DNA of 64,000 nt from an uncultured Bacilli bacterium (GTDB lineage Bacteria > Bacillota_I > Bacilli_A > RF39 > UBA660): contig CANRFQ010000003.1 of the NCBI GenBank assembly GCA_947629935.1, forward strand, positions 10,986 through 74,985, given 5' to 3'. Positions 54,159 through 64,000 of the stretch are shown piece after piece. Position 1 is the stretch's first letter; each line of letters opens with the position of its first letter. The position numbers and the translations under genes were made by a program. The notes under the pieces are model-generated. The model did no database searches. It was not told the origin of the DNA and worked only from the letters and a program-made list of their open reading frames with translations.

Positions 54159-55823
54159 TTATTTTACTTCCATAATAACTGGTAAAATAATTGGCCTTCG
54201 TCCGGTTAAATTATTAATATAGGGACTTAACTCCAAAATAATTTGATTTTTAAGATCTAAATAATTGTAAGGATTTGCGGAAAGAATATTTTTGACAATT
54301 TCACTTATTTTATTTTCAATCTTGGCAATTAATTCGGCATTTTCATTAACAAGTACGAATCCTCGGGTTGTAACATTTGGCTTAATGAGTAATTCTTTAG
54401 CTTTAATATCGATATTTAAAATTGTCACTAAAATTCCATCTTTACTCATAAGTTTACGATCTTTAATAACCACACTACCGACATCACCAATTCTCGAACC
54501 GTCTACATACACATCTCCTGACGTGACTTTTCCACCTTTATGAACACCATTATCATCGAGAATTAACTCTTCGCCATTTTGCATAACAAATACTTTATCA
54601 GGATCTAATCCACAGGAAATTGCTAGTTCTTTATGTTGCATAAGCATACGATATTCTCCGTGCATAGGCATAAAGAATTCTGGGCGAATTAAACGTAACA
54701 TTAATTTTAGTTCTTCGGCTTTAGCATGTCCAGAAGTATGGATATCACTAAATTCAGAATTGGTATAAACTTTAACACCTTTTAAATATAGTTTATTTAT
54801 AATGCGATTGATACTAGCAGCGTTTCCCGGAATAGGTGAGGATGAGAATACGACTAAATCATCGCTCATTAAAGATATTTGTTTATGAGTTCCATTAGCA
54901 ATGCGCGATAAAGCGGCTAGGGGTTCTCCTTGCGAACCAGTACATAAGATACAAACTTCATTTTTCTTTAAAGCCTTGGCAGCATTGGAATCGATAAACA
55001 TACTTCGATCATTTAAAAGACCATTATCTAAAGCGAGATTAATATTAGTTTCCATACTTCGGCCAAAGACTACAATTTTACGATTATGCTTTTTACAAGT
55101 TTCAACAATATGTTTAATTCGAAAAACATTAGAAGCAAAGGTAGCAATTATTAAACGGCCATAATGTTTAGAAAAAATGCCACTTAAAGCTTCATCTACC
55201 GAACTTTCACTTTTCGAGTATCCTTCGGTTAAAGCATTAGTACTATCACTTAAAAGCAATTTAATACCTTGATCGGAAAGTCTAGCCATTTTATGTAAAT
55301 CAGCCATTGGACCAATGGGATTTAAGTCAAATTTAAAATCACCTGTTGAGAAAATTGTTCCATTAGGGGTATGGACCACAACTGCAAATGAATCAGGAAT
55401 AGAGTGAGTAGTTGTTACAAATTCAATATTAAAATATTTTGTTTTAATAAAGCTATCTTTATTAATTGTTTCAATACCATTATAAGCCACACTACGATCT
55501 TCTAATTTTTTATAAATTAAATCAACTGCCATTTTGGGAGCATAAATTTTAGGAATATGAACATTTTGCAGTAAAAAAGATATTCCACCAATATGATCTT
55601 CATGGCCATGCGTAATAAACAATCCTTTAATTTTACTTTCATTTTGTTTTAAATAAGTAACATCTTGGATTACATAGTCAACTCCTAGAAGTTCGTCTTC
55701 GGGAAACATAACACCAGCATCAATGATAATAATTTCACTTTTGTGGGTAATAACATACATATTTTTCCCAACTTCACCTAAGCCACCTAAAGCAACCACA
55801 GATGTATAGTTATCTGTTTTCAT
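54159..55823 (-). CDS. rnj: Ribonuclease J (metallo-beta-lactamase / beta-CASP). The start is more likely the MKTDNYTSV ATG at 55823; the track ORF extends to 55844
   Basis: HGHEDHIGG (motif II), beta-CASP motifs, and the C-terminal RNase J domain. AAGGAA RBS lies 8 nt before 55823. Confidence 0.85.
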   Translation of the reverse strand: MKTDNYTSVVALGGLGEVGKNMYVITHKSEIIIIDAGVMFPEDELLGVDYVIQDVTYLKQNESKIKGLFITHGHEDHIGGISFLLQNVHIPKIYAPKMAVDLIYKKLEDRSVAYNGIETINKDSFIKTKYFNIEFVTTTHSIPDSFAVVVHTPNGTIFSTGDFKFDLNPIGPMADLHKMARLSDQGIKLLLSDSTNALTEGYSKSESSVDEALSGIFSKHYGRLIIATFASNVFRIKHIVETCKKHNRKIVVFGRSMETNINLALDNGLLNDRSMFIDSNAAKALKKNEVCILCTGSQGEPLAALSRIANGTHKQISLMSDDLVVFSSSPIPGNAASINRIINKLYLKGVKVYTNSEFSDIHTSGHAKAEELKLMLRLIRPEFFMPMHGEYRMLMQHKELAISCGLDPDKVFVMQNGEELILDDNGVHKGGKVTSGDVYVDGSRIGDVGSVVIKDRKLMSKDGILVTILNIDIKAKELLIKPNVTTRGFVLVNENAELIAKIENKISEIVKNILSANPYNYLDLKNQIILELSPYINNLTGRRPIILPVIMEVK

Positions 55824-55930
55824 AATTATAATTCCTTCTTTCAATAAAAATAAAGTTAATTGATTAAATTAATTATACAAAAAATATTTTATATTGTCTA
55901 GAAATTTAGTACAATAATAATGGTGATGGT

Positions 55931-56287
55931 ATGAAAAATAAAAAGGGATTTACTTTAATAGAGCTCTTAGCAGTAATTGTAATATTGGGAACTTTAATTA
56001 CTTTAGCGACCGTAGGAGTTATTAAAGTTATGAATGATAACAAAGAGAAAGTGGGAAAATTCACTTTGTCGCAAGTAGAAGATGCTTCAAAGACTTATGC
56101 TTTAGATCATGATTATTGCGAATCTTCTTGTGTTTTTAAGGGGCAAGGACCAATAATTGATGCCTTAGATGACTATTTTGCCGAAATTGAAACCAAATGT
56201 AATTTTAGTGCTGATGCAACTTTAACAATAAAATGGGAAAATAATGCGGTTTCTGTTAAGACAGAAGGTATAGAATGTACGGAGTAA
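55931..56287 (+). CDS. Type IV pilin-like / pseudopilin protein (ComGC-like) with a class III (prepilin) signal peptide
   Basis: MKNKKGFTLIELLAVIVILGTLITLA is the canonical G|FTLIE prepilin peptidase site followed by a hydrophobic helix. There are 4 Cys in the C-terminal domain. No other pilus genes are adjacent. Confidence 0.6.
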   Translation: MKNKKGFTLIELLAVIVILGTLITLATVGVIKVMNDNKEKVGKFTLSQVEDASKTYALDHDYCESSCVFKGQGPIIDALDDYFAEIETKCNFSADATLTIKWENNAVSVKTEGIECTE

Positions 56288-56293
56288 GAAATT

Positions 56294-57535
56294 ATGAATA
56301 TATTAGAAATTATTACAAAAAAGAAAAATAAACAAGAACTTTCTTATGCGGAGTTAGAATATGCTTTTATGGGATTTTTACATAAGCAAATACCTGATTA
56401 TCAGATGAGTGCTCTTTTGATGACTATTTGTCTTAATGAACTTAATGAAAAAGAGATATTTGCTTTAACAGATATTTTTATTAAAAGTGGCGAAGTTAGA
56501 GATTTAACTAAGGTGGATGGAGTTTGTGTCGATAAACATTCCACTGGTGGGGTTGGCGATAAAACAACATTAGTAATTGGTCCGATTGTGGCGACTTGCG
56601 GTTTAAAAATGCCGAAAATGAGTGGCCGAGGATTAGGTTTAACCGGCGGAACTATTGATAAATTAGAAAGTATTCCGGGTTTTCAAGTAGAATTAACAGA
56701 AGAAGAATTTTGGGCGGGGTTAAAAGAAGTAGGATTTGTCAATGTTTCGCAAAGCGCTAAGTTAGTGCCTTTAGATAAAGAAGTATATGCTTTAAGGGAT
56801 GTTAGTGGGACAACCGAATCCATTGGTCTAATTGCGGTAAGTATTATGAGTAAAAAAATTGCGGGTGGAGCTAGAAATATTTTAATAGATGTTAAATATG
56901 GAAATGGAGCTTTATTAAAAACAAAAGAGGAGGCAAATGCTTTTGCCAATTTAGTTAAAAAAATTGGGGAAAAATATCAAGTAAAAGTCCAAACTATAAT
57001 TGATAGTATGAATATTCCTTTAGGTAATAATATAGGTAATGCTCTAGAAGTTATAGAAGCGATGGATATTTTGCAAGGTAAACAAGGCTATTTAACTGAT
57101 TTATGTTTAAAGTTAGCAGCCAATTTAATTAGTATGGGTTATAATATTTCTTATGAAAAAGGCTATAATATGGCTCAAGAAGCTATTACGAGTGGTAAAG
57201 CATATCAAAAATTTTTAAAATTTGTCAAATTTCAAAAAGGTGATATTACAAAATTGAAAGTTAGTCCTAATACTTTAGAAGTAAAAAGTAATGAAGAGGG
57301 TATTCTAAAAGATATCGACGCCCATAAAATAGCAAAGTTAGCTAGTCAATTAGGATGCTTTCGCAATAATAAAGAAGAAAAAATTGATTACGGAGTAGGA
57401 ATAGTACTAAAGAAAAATTTAGGAGAATATGTCAATCAAGGTGATATTTTATGCACATTATATGTAAAAGATGTTAATATTAAAGTAGATAAGGAATGTC
57501 TTAAATGTTTTAAAATTGAAGGAGGAAATATATGA
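56294..57535 (+). CDS. pdp: Pyrimidine-nucleoside (thymidine) phosphorylase
   Basis: DKHSTGGVGDKTTLVIGPIVA; 413 aa. Confidence 0.85.
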   Translation: MNILEIITKKKNKQELSYAELEYAFMGFLHKQIPDYQMSALLMTICLNELNEKEIFALTDIFIKSGEVRDLTKVDGVCVDKHSTGGVGDKTTLVIGPIVATCGLKMPKMSGRGLGLTGGTIDKLESIPGFQVELTEEEFWAGLKEVGFVNVSQSAKLVPLDKEVYALRDVSGTTESIGLIAVSIMSKKIAGGARNILIDVKYGNGALLKTKEEANAFANLVKKIGEKYQVKVQTIIDSMNIPLGNNIGNALEVIEAMDILQGKQGYLTDLCLKLAANLISMGYNISYEKGYNMAQEAITSGKAYQKFLKFVKFQKGDITKLKVSPNTLEVKSNEEGILKDIDAHKIAKLASQLGCFRNNKEEKIDYGVGIVLKKNLGEYVNQGDILCTLYVKDVNIKVDKECLKCFKIEGGNI

Positions 57536-58242
57536 CACCACATATTGAAAGTGCAAAAGAAGATATTGCAGAAATCGTTTTAATGCCGGGAGATCCCCTA
57601 AGAGCAAAATATATTGCCGAAACTTATTTAGAAGAGGCTAAACTAATTAATACAATAAGAAACATGTTTGGCTATACAGGTTATTATAAAGATAAAAGAA
57701 TAACTGTATTTGCCTCAGGCATGGGAATTCCGAGTATTGGAATTTATGCTTATGAATTATTTAATTTTTATGATGTTAAAAGAATTATTCGGATTGGTTC
57801 GGCTGGTTCCTTTAATAAAAATATTAATGTTGGTGATATTGTTTTAGCTACAGAAGCTTATAGTATTTCCGATTTTGATAACTTTATGCTCAAAAAAGAT
57901 TTCCCTTTTATGCCTGGAAACGAAAAACTAAATCAAGTAATCGTCAAAACGGCGCAGGAGGCTCATCTTGATATAAAAGAGGGAAAGATTATTACAAGTG
58001 ATGTTTTTGATCATTATGTTGATTTTGCTAATTTTTTAGCTTTACATGAAAAAGAAAACTACTTGGCAAATGAAATGGAAGCCTTTGGGTTATTTAGTCT
58101 AGCTCAAAAATTTCATAGAGAAGCTTCTTGCCTTTTAACCGTCGTTGACACTCATCATAGTTCAGAAGAAATCTCGGCCGAAAATCGCGAAACCGCTTTA
58201 GATACGATGATTAAACTCGCTTTAGATTCTATCATTAAATAG
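57532..58242 (+). CDS. deoD: Purine nucleoside phosphorylase, DeoD-type
   Basis: IAEIVLMPGDPLRAKYIAETYLE… matches DeoD almost exactly. Overlaps pdp by ATGA. Confidence 0.85.
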   Translation: MTPHIESAKEDIAEIVLMPGDPLRAKYIAETYLEEAKLINTIRNMFGYTGYYKDKRITVFASGMGIPSIGIYAYELFNFYDVKRIIRIGSAGSFNKNINVGDIVLATEAYSISDFDNFMLKKDFPFMPGNEKLNQVIVKTAQEAHLDIKEGKIITSDVFDHYVDFANFLALHEKENYLANEMEAFGLFSLAQKFHREASCLLTVVDTHHSSEEISAENRETALDTMIKLALDSIIK

Positions 58243-58334
58243 TTTACAGTTACTGACAACGCTTATCATAAAATATACAATATCAGTTTACAACATTATT
58301 TACTTTTTGCTATAATAACAATGCAGGTGAAATA

Positions 58335-58814
58335 ATGAAGCAGTTAATACATTATATATTTAATTTAATTGGTAAACTAAGTGTAGTTGATATGATAGTT
58401 ATAATAGCTTTAATGACTTTTATAATTCTAATAATATCCGTGATTTACCTATATAAAATTAGTTCTTTAGAAATTATAGAAAGTGAAGAAAATGATATGT
58501 TAGATTTAAAAGAAATTACAAAGCAAATTGAAGAAAATCCTAAAAAAAGAAATATTGAATTAACCCCATACGAAAAAGAACAAGAAGAAAAAGCCATTAT
58601 CAGTTATGATGAACTTTTAAAAAGTAGCAATTCTATGAAGATAAATTACGATGATGAATATGATGCGACGGGTGTTCGTGTCAAAAAAGTTGATTTAAAA
58701 AATATTGCTGATTATGATGAAACTAGTACCGATACAGATGTGCATGTTATTAGTTATAAAGAAGAAGAGGCTTTTCTAGAAGCTTTAAAGAAATTAAAAA
58801 ATATGTTATCATAA
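58335..58814 (+). CDS. Hypothetical membrane-anchored protein
   Basis: An N-terminal TM helix followed by an acidic region. RBS AGGTGAAATAATG. Confidence 0.35.
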   Translation: MKQLIHYIFNLIGKLSVVDMIVIIALMTFIILIISVIYLYKISSLEIIESEENDMLDLKEITKQIEENPKKRNIELTPYEKEQEEKAIISYDELLKSSNSMKINYDDEYDATGVRVKKVDLKNIADYDETSTDTDVHVISYKEEEAFLEALKKLKNMLS

Positions 58815-58847
58815 GACCTACAAGGTCTTTTTTAGGTGGTGAAGAAA

Positions 58848-60140
58848 ATGAACGTGCATATAATCACATTAGGATGTAAAGTTAATGCTTATGAAAGTGA
58901 AATTATTAAAGAAAAATTTTTAGCTCAAAATTATAAAATAGTTGATGATTTAAACATTGCCCAAATTGTGGTGGTTAATACTTGCAGTGTTACTAATATG
59001 GCCGATAATAAATCAAAAAAAATAATTCGCAGTATTAAAAGAGACAATAAAGAAGCTATTATTGTTGCATGTGGCTGTATGACCCAAAATCATCAAGATA
59101 AGTTAGTTGATTTGGATATTGATATTTTAATAGGCACTAATAACAAAAGCCAAATTGTTGAATTAGTGACTGAATATTTAAAAAATAGAAAAACGTATCA
59201 GCATTTTGATAATATGCAAACAGTGCCCTTTGAAGATATGCAAGTTGCCAAATTTTCGTCTCTAACTCGTGCTTTTTTAAAAATTCAAGATGGGTGTGAT
59301 AACTATTGTTCTTATTGTGTTATTCCTTATCTAAGAGGAGCCAAACGTTGTAAAGATTTTAATGTTGCTTTAAAAGAAGCGGAAAGTTTAGTGCAAAACG
59401 GTCATAAGGAAATTGTGTTAACGGGTATCCATACGGGTTCTTATCAATGGGAGGATAAAGATTTAACAGATTTGATTGAAGCTATGAGTCAAATACCAAA
59501 CTTAAAACGCATTAGAATCTCTTCGATTGAAATTTTGGAAATAACTGATAAATTTATTAAAATGCTTCAAAATAATAATAAAGTCTGCAATCATTTACAT
59601 ATCCCTTTACAAAGTGGTAGTGATAAGATTTTAAAATTAATGAATCGCCGTTATAATAAACAAAAATTTCAAGAGATTGTTACGAAAATTAGACAAGTGC
59701 GTCCAGATATAAACTTGACTACTGATTTAATTGTCGGTTTTCCCGGTGAAACCGAAGATGATTTTTTAGAATCTTTTCAATTTTGCCAAGAATTAGGATT
59801 TAGTAAAATTCATACTTTTCCTTTTTCTTTACGCAGTGGAACAAAAGCGGAAACCTTGCCCAATCATTTAGATAATGCTTTAAAAAAACAAAGAGTCAAA
59901 AAAATAATGACTTTATCTAGCCAATTAGAAATCGCCTATTACCAAAAATTTCTTCATAAAAATGTGGAAGTGTTAATCGAAAAGAGTTTTCCCCAATATT
60001 CCTTAGGTCATACAAGTAACTATATTTTGGTAAAAATTAATCAAAAACTAGAACCAAATCAATTATATACTGTAAAAATTGTAAACGTAAGTAAAGAATG
60101 CGTAAATGCTGAAGTAATTGATTGCTTAATAACAAATTAA
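58848..60140 (+). CDS. mtaB: MiaB-family radical-SAM methylthiotransferase, MtaB-like (the track ORF starts at a GTG at 58836)
   Basis: An N-terminal MTTase Cys triad (C..C..C in the HIITLGCKVN…NTCSV…ACGCM region) and a radical-SAM CDNYCSYCVIPYLRG motif. At about 430 aa it lacks the long MiaB C-terminus. Confidence 0.6.
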   Translation: MNVHIITLGCKVNAYESEIIKEKFLAQNYKIVDDLNIAQIVVVNTCSVTNMADNKSKKIIRSIKRDNKEAIIVACGCMTQNHQDKLVDLDIDILIGTNNKSQIVELVTEYLKNRKTYQHFDNMQTVPFEDMQVAKFSSLTRAFLKIQDGCDNYCSYCVIPYLRGAKRCKDFNVALKEAESLVQNGHKEIVLTGIHTGSYQWEDKDLTDLIEAMSQIPNLKRIRISSIEILEITDKFIKMLQNNNKVCNHLHIPLQSGSDKILKLMNRRYNKQKFQEIVTKIRQVRPDINLTTDLIVGFPGETEDDFLESFQFCQELGFSKIHTFPFSLRSGTKAETLPNHLDNALKKQRVKKIMTLSSQLEIAYYQKFLHKNVEVLIEKSFPQYSLGHTSNYILVKINQKLEPNQLYTVKIVNVSKECVNAEVIDCLITN

Positions 60141-60166
60141 TAAGCTATACTAATAATGGTGAGGAT

Positions 60167-60823
60167 ATGAAAAATAATGATATAAAATATTACAGTTTAG
60201 AAAGACGCACCCCAACAAGTAACGAACATTTAGGAAAAACAAAATATTCCCAGCAAGCAATCCAAAAAATAAATCGTAATAAGAAAATAACTCTTAATAA
60301 AAAAGGGGCAATTGCTATTTTAATAGTAACGATGGCCACAGGATTTACTGCGCATATGGGACTTGAAAAAACCGTAGATTTCATGGCCCAACAACGCATG
60401 GAAAATGCTGCCTATATAGAAGCCCAAAAACCGGTAGCCTATACTAATTATAGTGATATACAAATATCAACAATGGACCTTGAATCAAGAATTGAATTAT
60501 ATAAATCTTATGCTTCTTATGTGGATAATAATGCTCAATTACCATATACTTATGAAGTTCAAGGCTTACCTGATAACTTAAATTATTCCAAAGCATTGTA
60601 TAATGCTAATGAAGCTTACGAATTATATAAAAGCACTTATGCTTATACCTTAAATCCTCAAGATAAACAAGCAGCTTTAAAGCAAATTCTGCAAAAATAT
60701 ATGCTTGTAGTTAATATGATAAATAGTGTTTATGAAGGTCATTATGCTATTAATGTGGAAAACGCTGATGATTCTTATAAGCTTATAAATCAAGTAAATG
60801 AGCACGCTTCGAAAACTTTATAA
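60167..60823 (+). CDS. Hypothetical membrane-anchored protein (the track ORF starts at 60122; the ATG at 60167 has a GGTGAGGA RBS)
   Basis: One TM helix (AIAILIVTMATGF). No family recognised. Confidence 0.35.
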   Translation: MKNNDIKYYSLERRTPTSNEHLGKTKYSQQAIQKINRNKKITLNKKGAIAILIVTMATGFTAHMGLEKTVDFMAQQRMENAAYIEAQKPVAYTNYSDIQISTMDLESRIELYKSYASYVDNNAQLPYTYEVQGLPDNLNYSKALYNANEAYELYKSTYAYTLNPQDKQAALKQILQKYMLVVNMINSVYEGHYAINVENADDSYKLINQVNEHASKTL

Positions 60824-60875
60824 AATTTTAGAAGTTTTTTTCTTGCCATAAAAAGCAAACTAATGTTATTATTTA

Positions 60876-63086
60876 ATGGGTGATAACATGATAAGTATTA
60901 AAGGCAACGTTCGTTACATGATTTATGAAAATAACAATGGTTATAAAGTCGGCCAATTTCATATTAAAAATACGGATGATGAACAAATGGCAGAATTTAA
61001 AAATAAAACTATTACATTTACGGGTTATTTTCCTGAACTTAATAAAGAGGATACTTACACTTTTAAAGGGGAATATATTTATCATGATCGCTATGGCTAT
61101 CAATTTGCAGTTAAAGAATATATTAAAGAAGCACCAGAAGGAAAAGATGCGGTTATTGAATTTTTAGCAAGTCCTTTAATAAAAGGTTGTGGGGAGAAAA
61201 CAGCTATTAAAATAGTTGATATTTTAGGAGAAAATGCTTTAAATATTATTAAAGAAGATCCCAATAAACTTTTACTTATTCCTAAAATTAGTGAAAAAAA
61301 AGCTCAACAAATTTATAATTCTCTTATTAAATATAATGAAAAAGATGATTTAATTTTAAGTTTACAAAAAATGGGTTTTTCCTTAAAAGAAACGCTTTTA
61401 TTAATGGAAGAATACGAAGATAATTTAAAAACGATAATTGAAGAAAATATTTATGAGTTAACAACATATATTGATTTTAAAAAAATTGATAAAATTTATT
61501 TAAATAATGGTGAAACTAATAGTGAAACAAGAGTTAAGGCTTGCATTATTGAAACACTTAAAAGATTAGAATTTATTAATGGGGATACTTATCATGATAA
61601 AGACGATATAATTAAATATCTAAATAAAGAATTTAATATTCCTCTAACTAATATCGATAGTTTTTTAACAAAATTACACGCTTTAAAAGAAATATATATT
61701 TTAGATGATAAAATATTTTTATTTGCTACTTACATAATGGAAAAAGATATTGCGGAAAATTTATATTTGATAAGTAGTAGCCCTAATAAAAAAGTCTCTA
61801 AATGTAATGAAAAGATTGAAAGATTAGAAAATGAATTAGAAGTAAAATATAACCATGATCAAAAAGAAGCGATTTTAAAAGCTTTAAATAATAATATCAG
61901 TATTATTACGGGTGGACCAGGAACCGGTAAAACAACAATTATTAATGCCATTGTCAAAATCTTAATTACCGAATATAATCTTTCGAACATAGATATTTTA
62001 AATTCCATTGCCTTACTAGCTCCGACGGGTCGAGCTAGTAAAAAAATGAGTGAATCGACTAATTTGCCAGCTATGACCATCCATCGCTTTTTAAAATGGA
62101 ATCAAGATACTAATACCTTCCAAGTAAATGAAGATAATAAAAATTTTCAAAAGTTTATAATTGTTGATGAGGTTAGTATGATTGATACCGCATTATTTGA
62201 TGCATTATTAAAAGGAATATATAGTAATGTTAAATTAATTTTAGTTGGGGATGCTAATCAACTTCCAAGTGTTGGGTCAGGGCTTATTTTAAACGATTTA
62301 ATTGCTTCTAATTGCTTTTCCCATACTGAACTTAAAGAAATATATCGTCAAAGTGCCAATTCTTATATACCCGATTTAGCTCGCGAAATTAGAGAATATA
62401 ATTTAAGTACTAATTTTTTAGAACAAAAAGATGATTATAATTTTTTAAATGTAGCTAATAATCAAATTAAAGAAACTTTAAGACAGTTATGTACAATGAG
62501 TAAAGAAAAAGGCTTAAATGAAAAAAATATGCAAATACTAGCTCCTATGTATAAAGGGGAAAATGGCATTGATAACCTTAACTTTTTACTGCAAAATTTA
62601 TTTAATCCTCCTAGTAAAGATAAAAAAGAACTTAAAGTCGGCGATGTGATTTATCGCATGCATGATAAAGTCTTACAATTGATTAATGATCCGGACAATA
62701 ATGTTTATAATGGCGATATTGGTTATATACATAAAATCGGTAAAGATGAACATAATAAAGATGTAGTTACCATAGATTTTGAGGGTAGCTACATTAACTA
62801 CAATAAAGATGATATGTTAAATGTTAAACATGCTTATGCGATGACTATTCATAAATCGCAAGGTAGTGAATTTGAACATGTCATAATGATAGTTAGCTCT
62901 TCTTACCACAAAATGCTCTACAATAAACTTATTTATACTGGGGTATCTCGAGCTAAGAAAAGTTTGGTAATTATTGGTAATCCGCATAGTTTTTTAGAAG
63001 CTACGCAAAATTCTTATAGTACACAAAGAAAAACGGATTTAAAAAGGATGTTAATGCATAATTTGTCGGCTTTTGAACCAAACTAA
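60876..63086 (+). CDS. recD2: ATP-dependent RecD-like DNA helicase (RecD2 / YrrC)
   Basis: An N-terminal OB/HhH region and the helicase motifs ITGGPGTGKTT (Walker A), IIVDEVSMID, LVGDANQLPSVG and AMTIHKSQGSEF. Confidence 0.85.
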   Translation: MGDNMISIKGNVRYMIYENNNGYKVGQFHIKNTDDEQMAEFKNKTITFTGYFPELNKEDTYTFKGEYIYHDRYGYQFAVKEYIKEAPEGKDAVIEFLASPLIKGCGEKTAIKIVDILGENALNIIKEDPNKLLLIPKISEKKAQQIYNSLIKYNEKDDLILSLQKMGFSLKETLLLMEEYEDNLKTIIEENIYELTTYIDFKKIDKIYLNNGETNSETRVKACIIETLKRLEFINGDTYHDKDDIIKYLNKEFNIPLTNIDSFLTKLHALKEIYILDDKIFLFATYIMEKDIAENLYLISSSPNKKVSKCNEKIERLENELEVKYNHDQKEAILKALNNNISIITGGPGTGKTTIINAIVKILITEYNLSNIDILNSIALLAPTGRASKKMSESTNLPAMTIHRFLKWNQDTNTFQVNEDNKNFQKFIIVDEVSMIDTALFDALLKGIYSNVKLILVGDANQLPSVGSGLILNDLIASNCFSHTELKEIYRQSANSYIPDLAREIREYNLSTNFLEQKDDYNFLNVANNQIKETLRQLCTMSKEKGLNEKNMQILAPMYKGENGIDNLNFLLQNLFNPPSKDKKELKVGDVIYRMHDKVLQLINDPDNNVYNGDIGYIHKIGKDEHNKDVVTIDFEGSYINYNKDDMLNVKHAYAMTIHKSQGSEFEHVIMIVSSSYHKMLYNKLIYTGVSRAKKSLVIIGNPHSFLEATQNSYSTQRKTDLKRMLMHNLSAFEPN

Positions 63087-63106
63087 TAATGAAGGATGGT
63101 GTATTT

Positions 63107-63259
63107 ATGAAAAAAGCAATGTCTTTAATGCTATCAGCAAGTATCATGGGAGCAGGAATTGCTACATATTGTTTTATGAATAAAGACACAAAAAAGAACG
63201 CTGATAAACTTTTAAATACCGCAATGGATTGTGCGGATAAAAGTCTAAAAAATATGTAA
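63107..63259 (+). CDS. Hypothetical 50-aa protein (not in the ORF track)
   Basis: RBS AAGGATGGTG lies 6 nt upstream and a terminator follows. MKKAMSLMLSASIMGAGIATYCF… has one hydrophobic helix. Confidence 0.3.
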   Translation: MKKAMSLMLSASIMGAGIATYCFMNKDTKKNADKLLNTAMDCADKSLKNM

Positions 63260-63267
63260 AATTAAAG

Positions 63268-63292
63268 GCCAATCATAGTATTGGCTTTTATT
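63268..63292 (+). terminator. Rho-independent terminator
   Basis: ggccaat-catagt-attggc followed by TTTTATTGTG. Confidence 0.5.
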
Positions 63293-63326
63293 GTGTGCTA
63301 TAATATTTTTTAGGGAAGTGAATAAA

Positions 63327-64000
63327 ATGCCGGTTAAAAAAGAAAAAAAAGAAACATTAGATATTCAAGCAATTAATGAATCTGTAGGTTTATCCAAAAA
63401 GATTTTAAGAATTTTATATGTATGCATGATTATTGGGGTAATATTACTAGTTACTATAATTGCTAAACAATGGCGTGTTCCAAGCTTTATTTTAACTTTT
63501 TTAAAGATTTTAACACCGTTATTTATTGGTTATATTATTGCTTGGCTATTTCATCCATTAGTTATGTTTTTAAATCGAAATGGCTTTAAAAAAGGCTTAG
63601 CTGTCGTTATAGTTTATATTGGCTTTATTGCCTTATTATATTTGTTTATGAGTATGTTACTTCCTACTGTGATTAATCAATTTAACGATTTAGTATCCTC
63701 ATTGCCGAAAATATTTAGCAGTATCAAAGATTTTATTAATGACTTTTTAAAAAATATTGATAACATTAATCCGACAACTATCAATAATATTAGAAATACA
63801 ATTTATTCTAACATTGGTGGCTTCTTTAATGGTATCGTTGAAGATTTGCCAAATAAAGTCATTGGTATTATGGGCTCTTTATTTAGTGGTATTGGTACTT
63901 TATTAATTAGTTTGATAATTGGCTTTTATATGTTATTTGATTTTGATTCAATACAAAAACATTTTGTGAAATTAATTCCAATAAAATATCGTTATGAAAT
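63327..64000 (+). CDS. AI-2E family transporter (PerM/UPF0118), 3'-truncated by the window end
   Basis: RBS GGGAAGTGA and ATG at 63327. A polytopic sequence typical of the YtvI/YdiK family (…LFIGYIIAWLFHPLVMFLNRNGFKKGLAV…). There is no stop codon before the window end. Confidence 0.55.
   Translation, partial: MPVKKEKKETLDIQAINESVGLSKKILRILYVCMIIGVILLVTIIAKQWRVPSFILTFLKILTPLFIGYIIAWLFHPLVMFLNRNGFKKGLAVVIVYIGFIALLYLFMSMLLPTVINQFNDLVSSLPKIFSSIKDFINDFLKNIDNINPTTINNIRNTIYSNIGGFFNGIVEDLPNKVIGIMGSLFSGIGTLLISLIIGFYMLFDFDSIQKHFVKLIPIKYRYE

Overview
The window is a 64 kb, very AT-rich chromosomal segment (GC roughly 27-30% by eye; not computed) from a Gram-positive, apparently spore-forming Firmicute. 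The standard genetic code applies: TGA is used as a stop (for example relA ends at 8630..8632), and most genes have AGGAGG-like ribosome-binding sites. Several ORF-track starts are TTG or GTG codons shown as M, and I moved some starts to a downstream ATG that has a good RBS.

Content in order:
- A 5'-truncated beta-helix-like secreted repeat protein, followed by an OmpR-type two-component system and an FtsX-type ABC exporter.
- A MurJ/SpoVB-family flippase, a ComN-like protein, relA and dtd.
- A degenerate HisRS-like remnant split into two ORFs.
- An archaeal-type short AspRS, AsnRS, two tiny translationally coupled ORFs, and a stand-alone gatB with no adjacent gatC/gatA.
- Sporulation and coat-type small Cys-rich genes: CotY/CotZ-like, DUF1540-like, a tandem YjcZ-like pair and a CotD-like gene.
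- A VanZ/RDD membrane protein, a PTS-EIIB-like protein, thiI, ackA, and an nrnA-like DHH phosphoesterase that lacks a canonical start codon.
- A TasA/camelysin-like protein, a RecX-like protein and a PrsA foldase lipoprotein.
- A tRNA cluster: Leu on the minus strand; Ser-fMet-Asp-Phe on the plus strand.
- A GNAT / nucleotidyltransferase-like / GNAT trio, rpoZ, a poly-Asn surface protein, and HD-domain and membrane proteins.
- tRNA-Ala with a YolD / Y-family polymerase pair.
- A SigE/SigK-type sigma factor that carries four extra tandem sigma-region-4 repeats, followed by an 805-aa TPR protein with a C-terminal sigma4-like helix-turn-helix. This pair is the most unusual feature of the window.
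- A Zn-dependent dehydrogenase, then the infC-rpmI-rplT operon (AUA start, leader region, and an L20 with a Rho_N-like C-terminal tail).
- A hypothetical gene interrupted by an in-frame TGA, a T-box leader with proS, ffh, fhs, RNase J, an orphan type IV pilin, pdp-deoD, an MtaB-like radical-SAM enzyme, RecD2, and a partial AI-2E transporter.

No CRISPR array, rRNA gene or obvious integrase/transposase was seen. All coordinates I derived by hand (tRNAs, hairpins, small ORFs) may be off by +/-1-2 nt.
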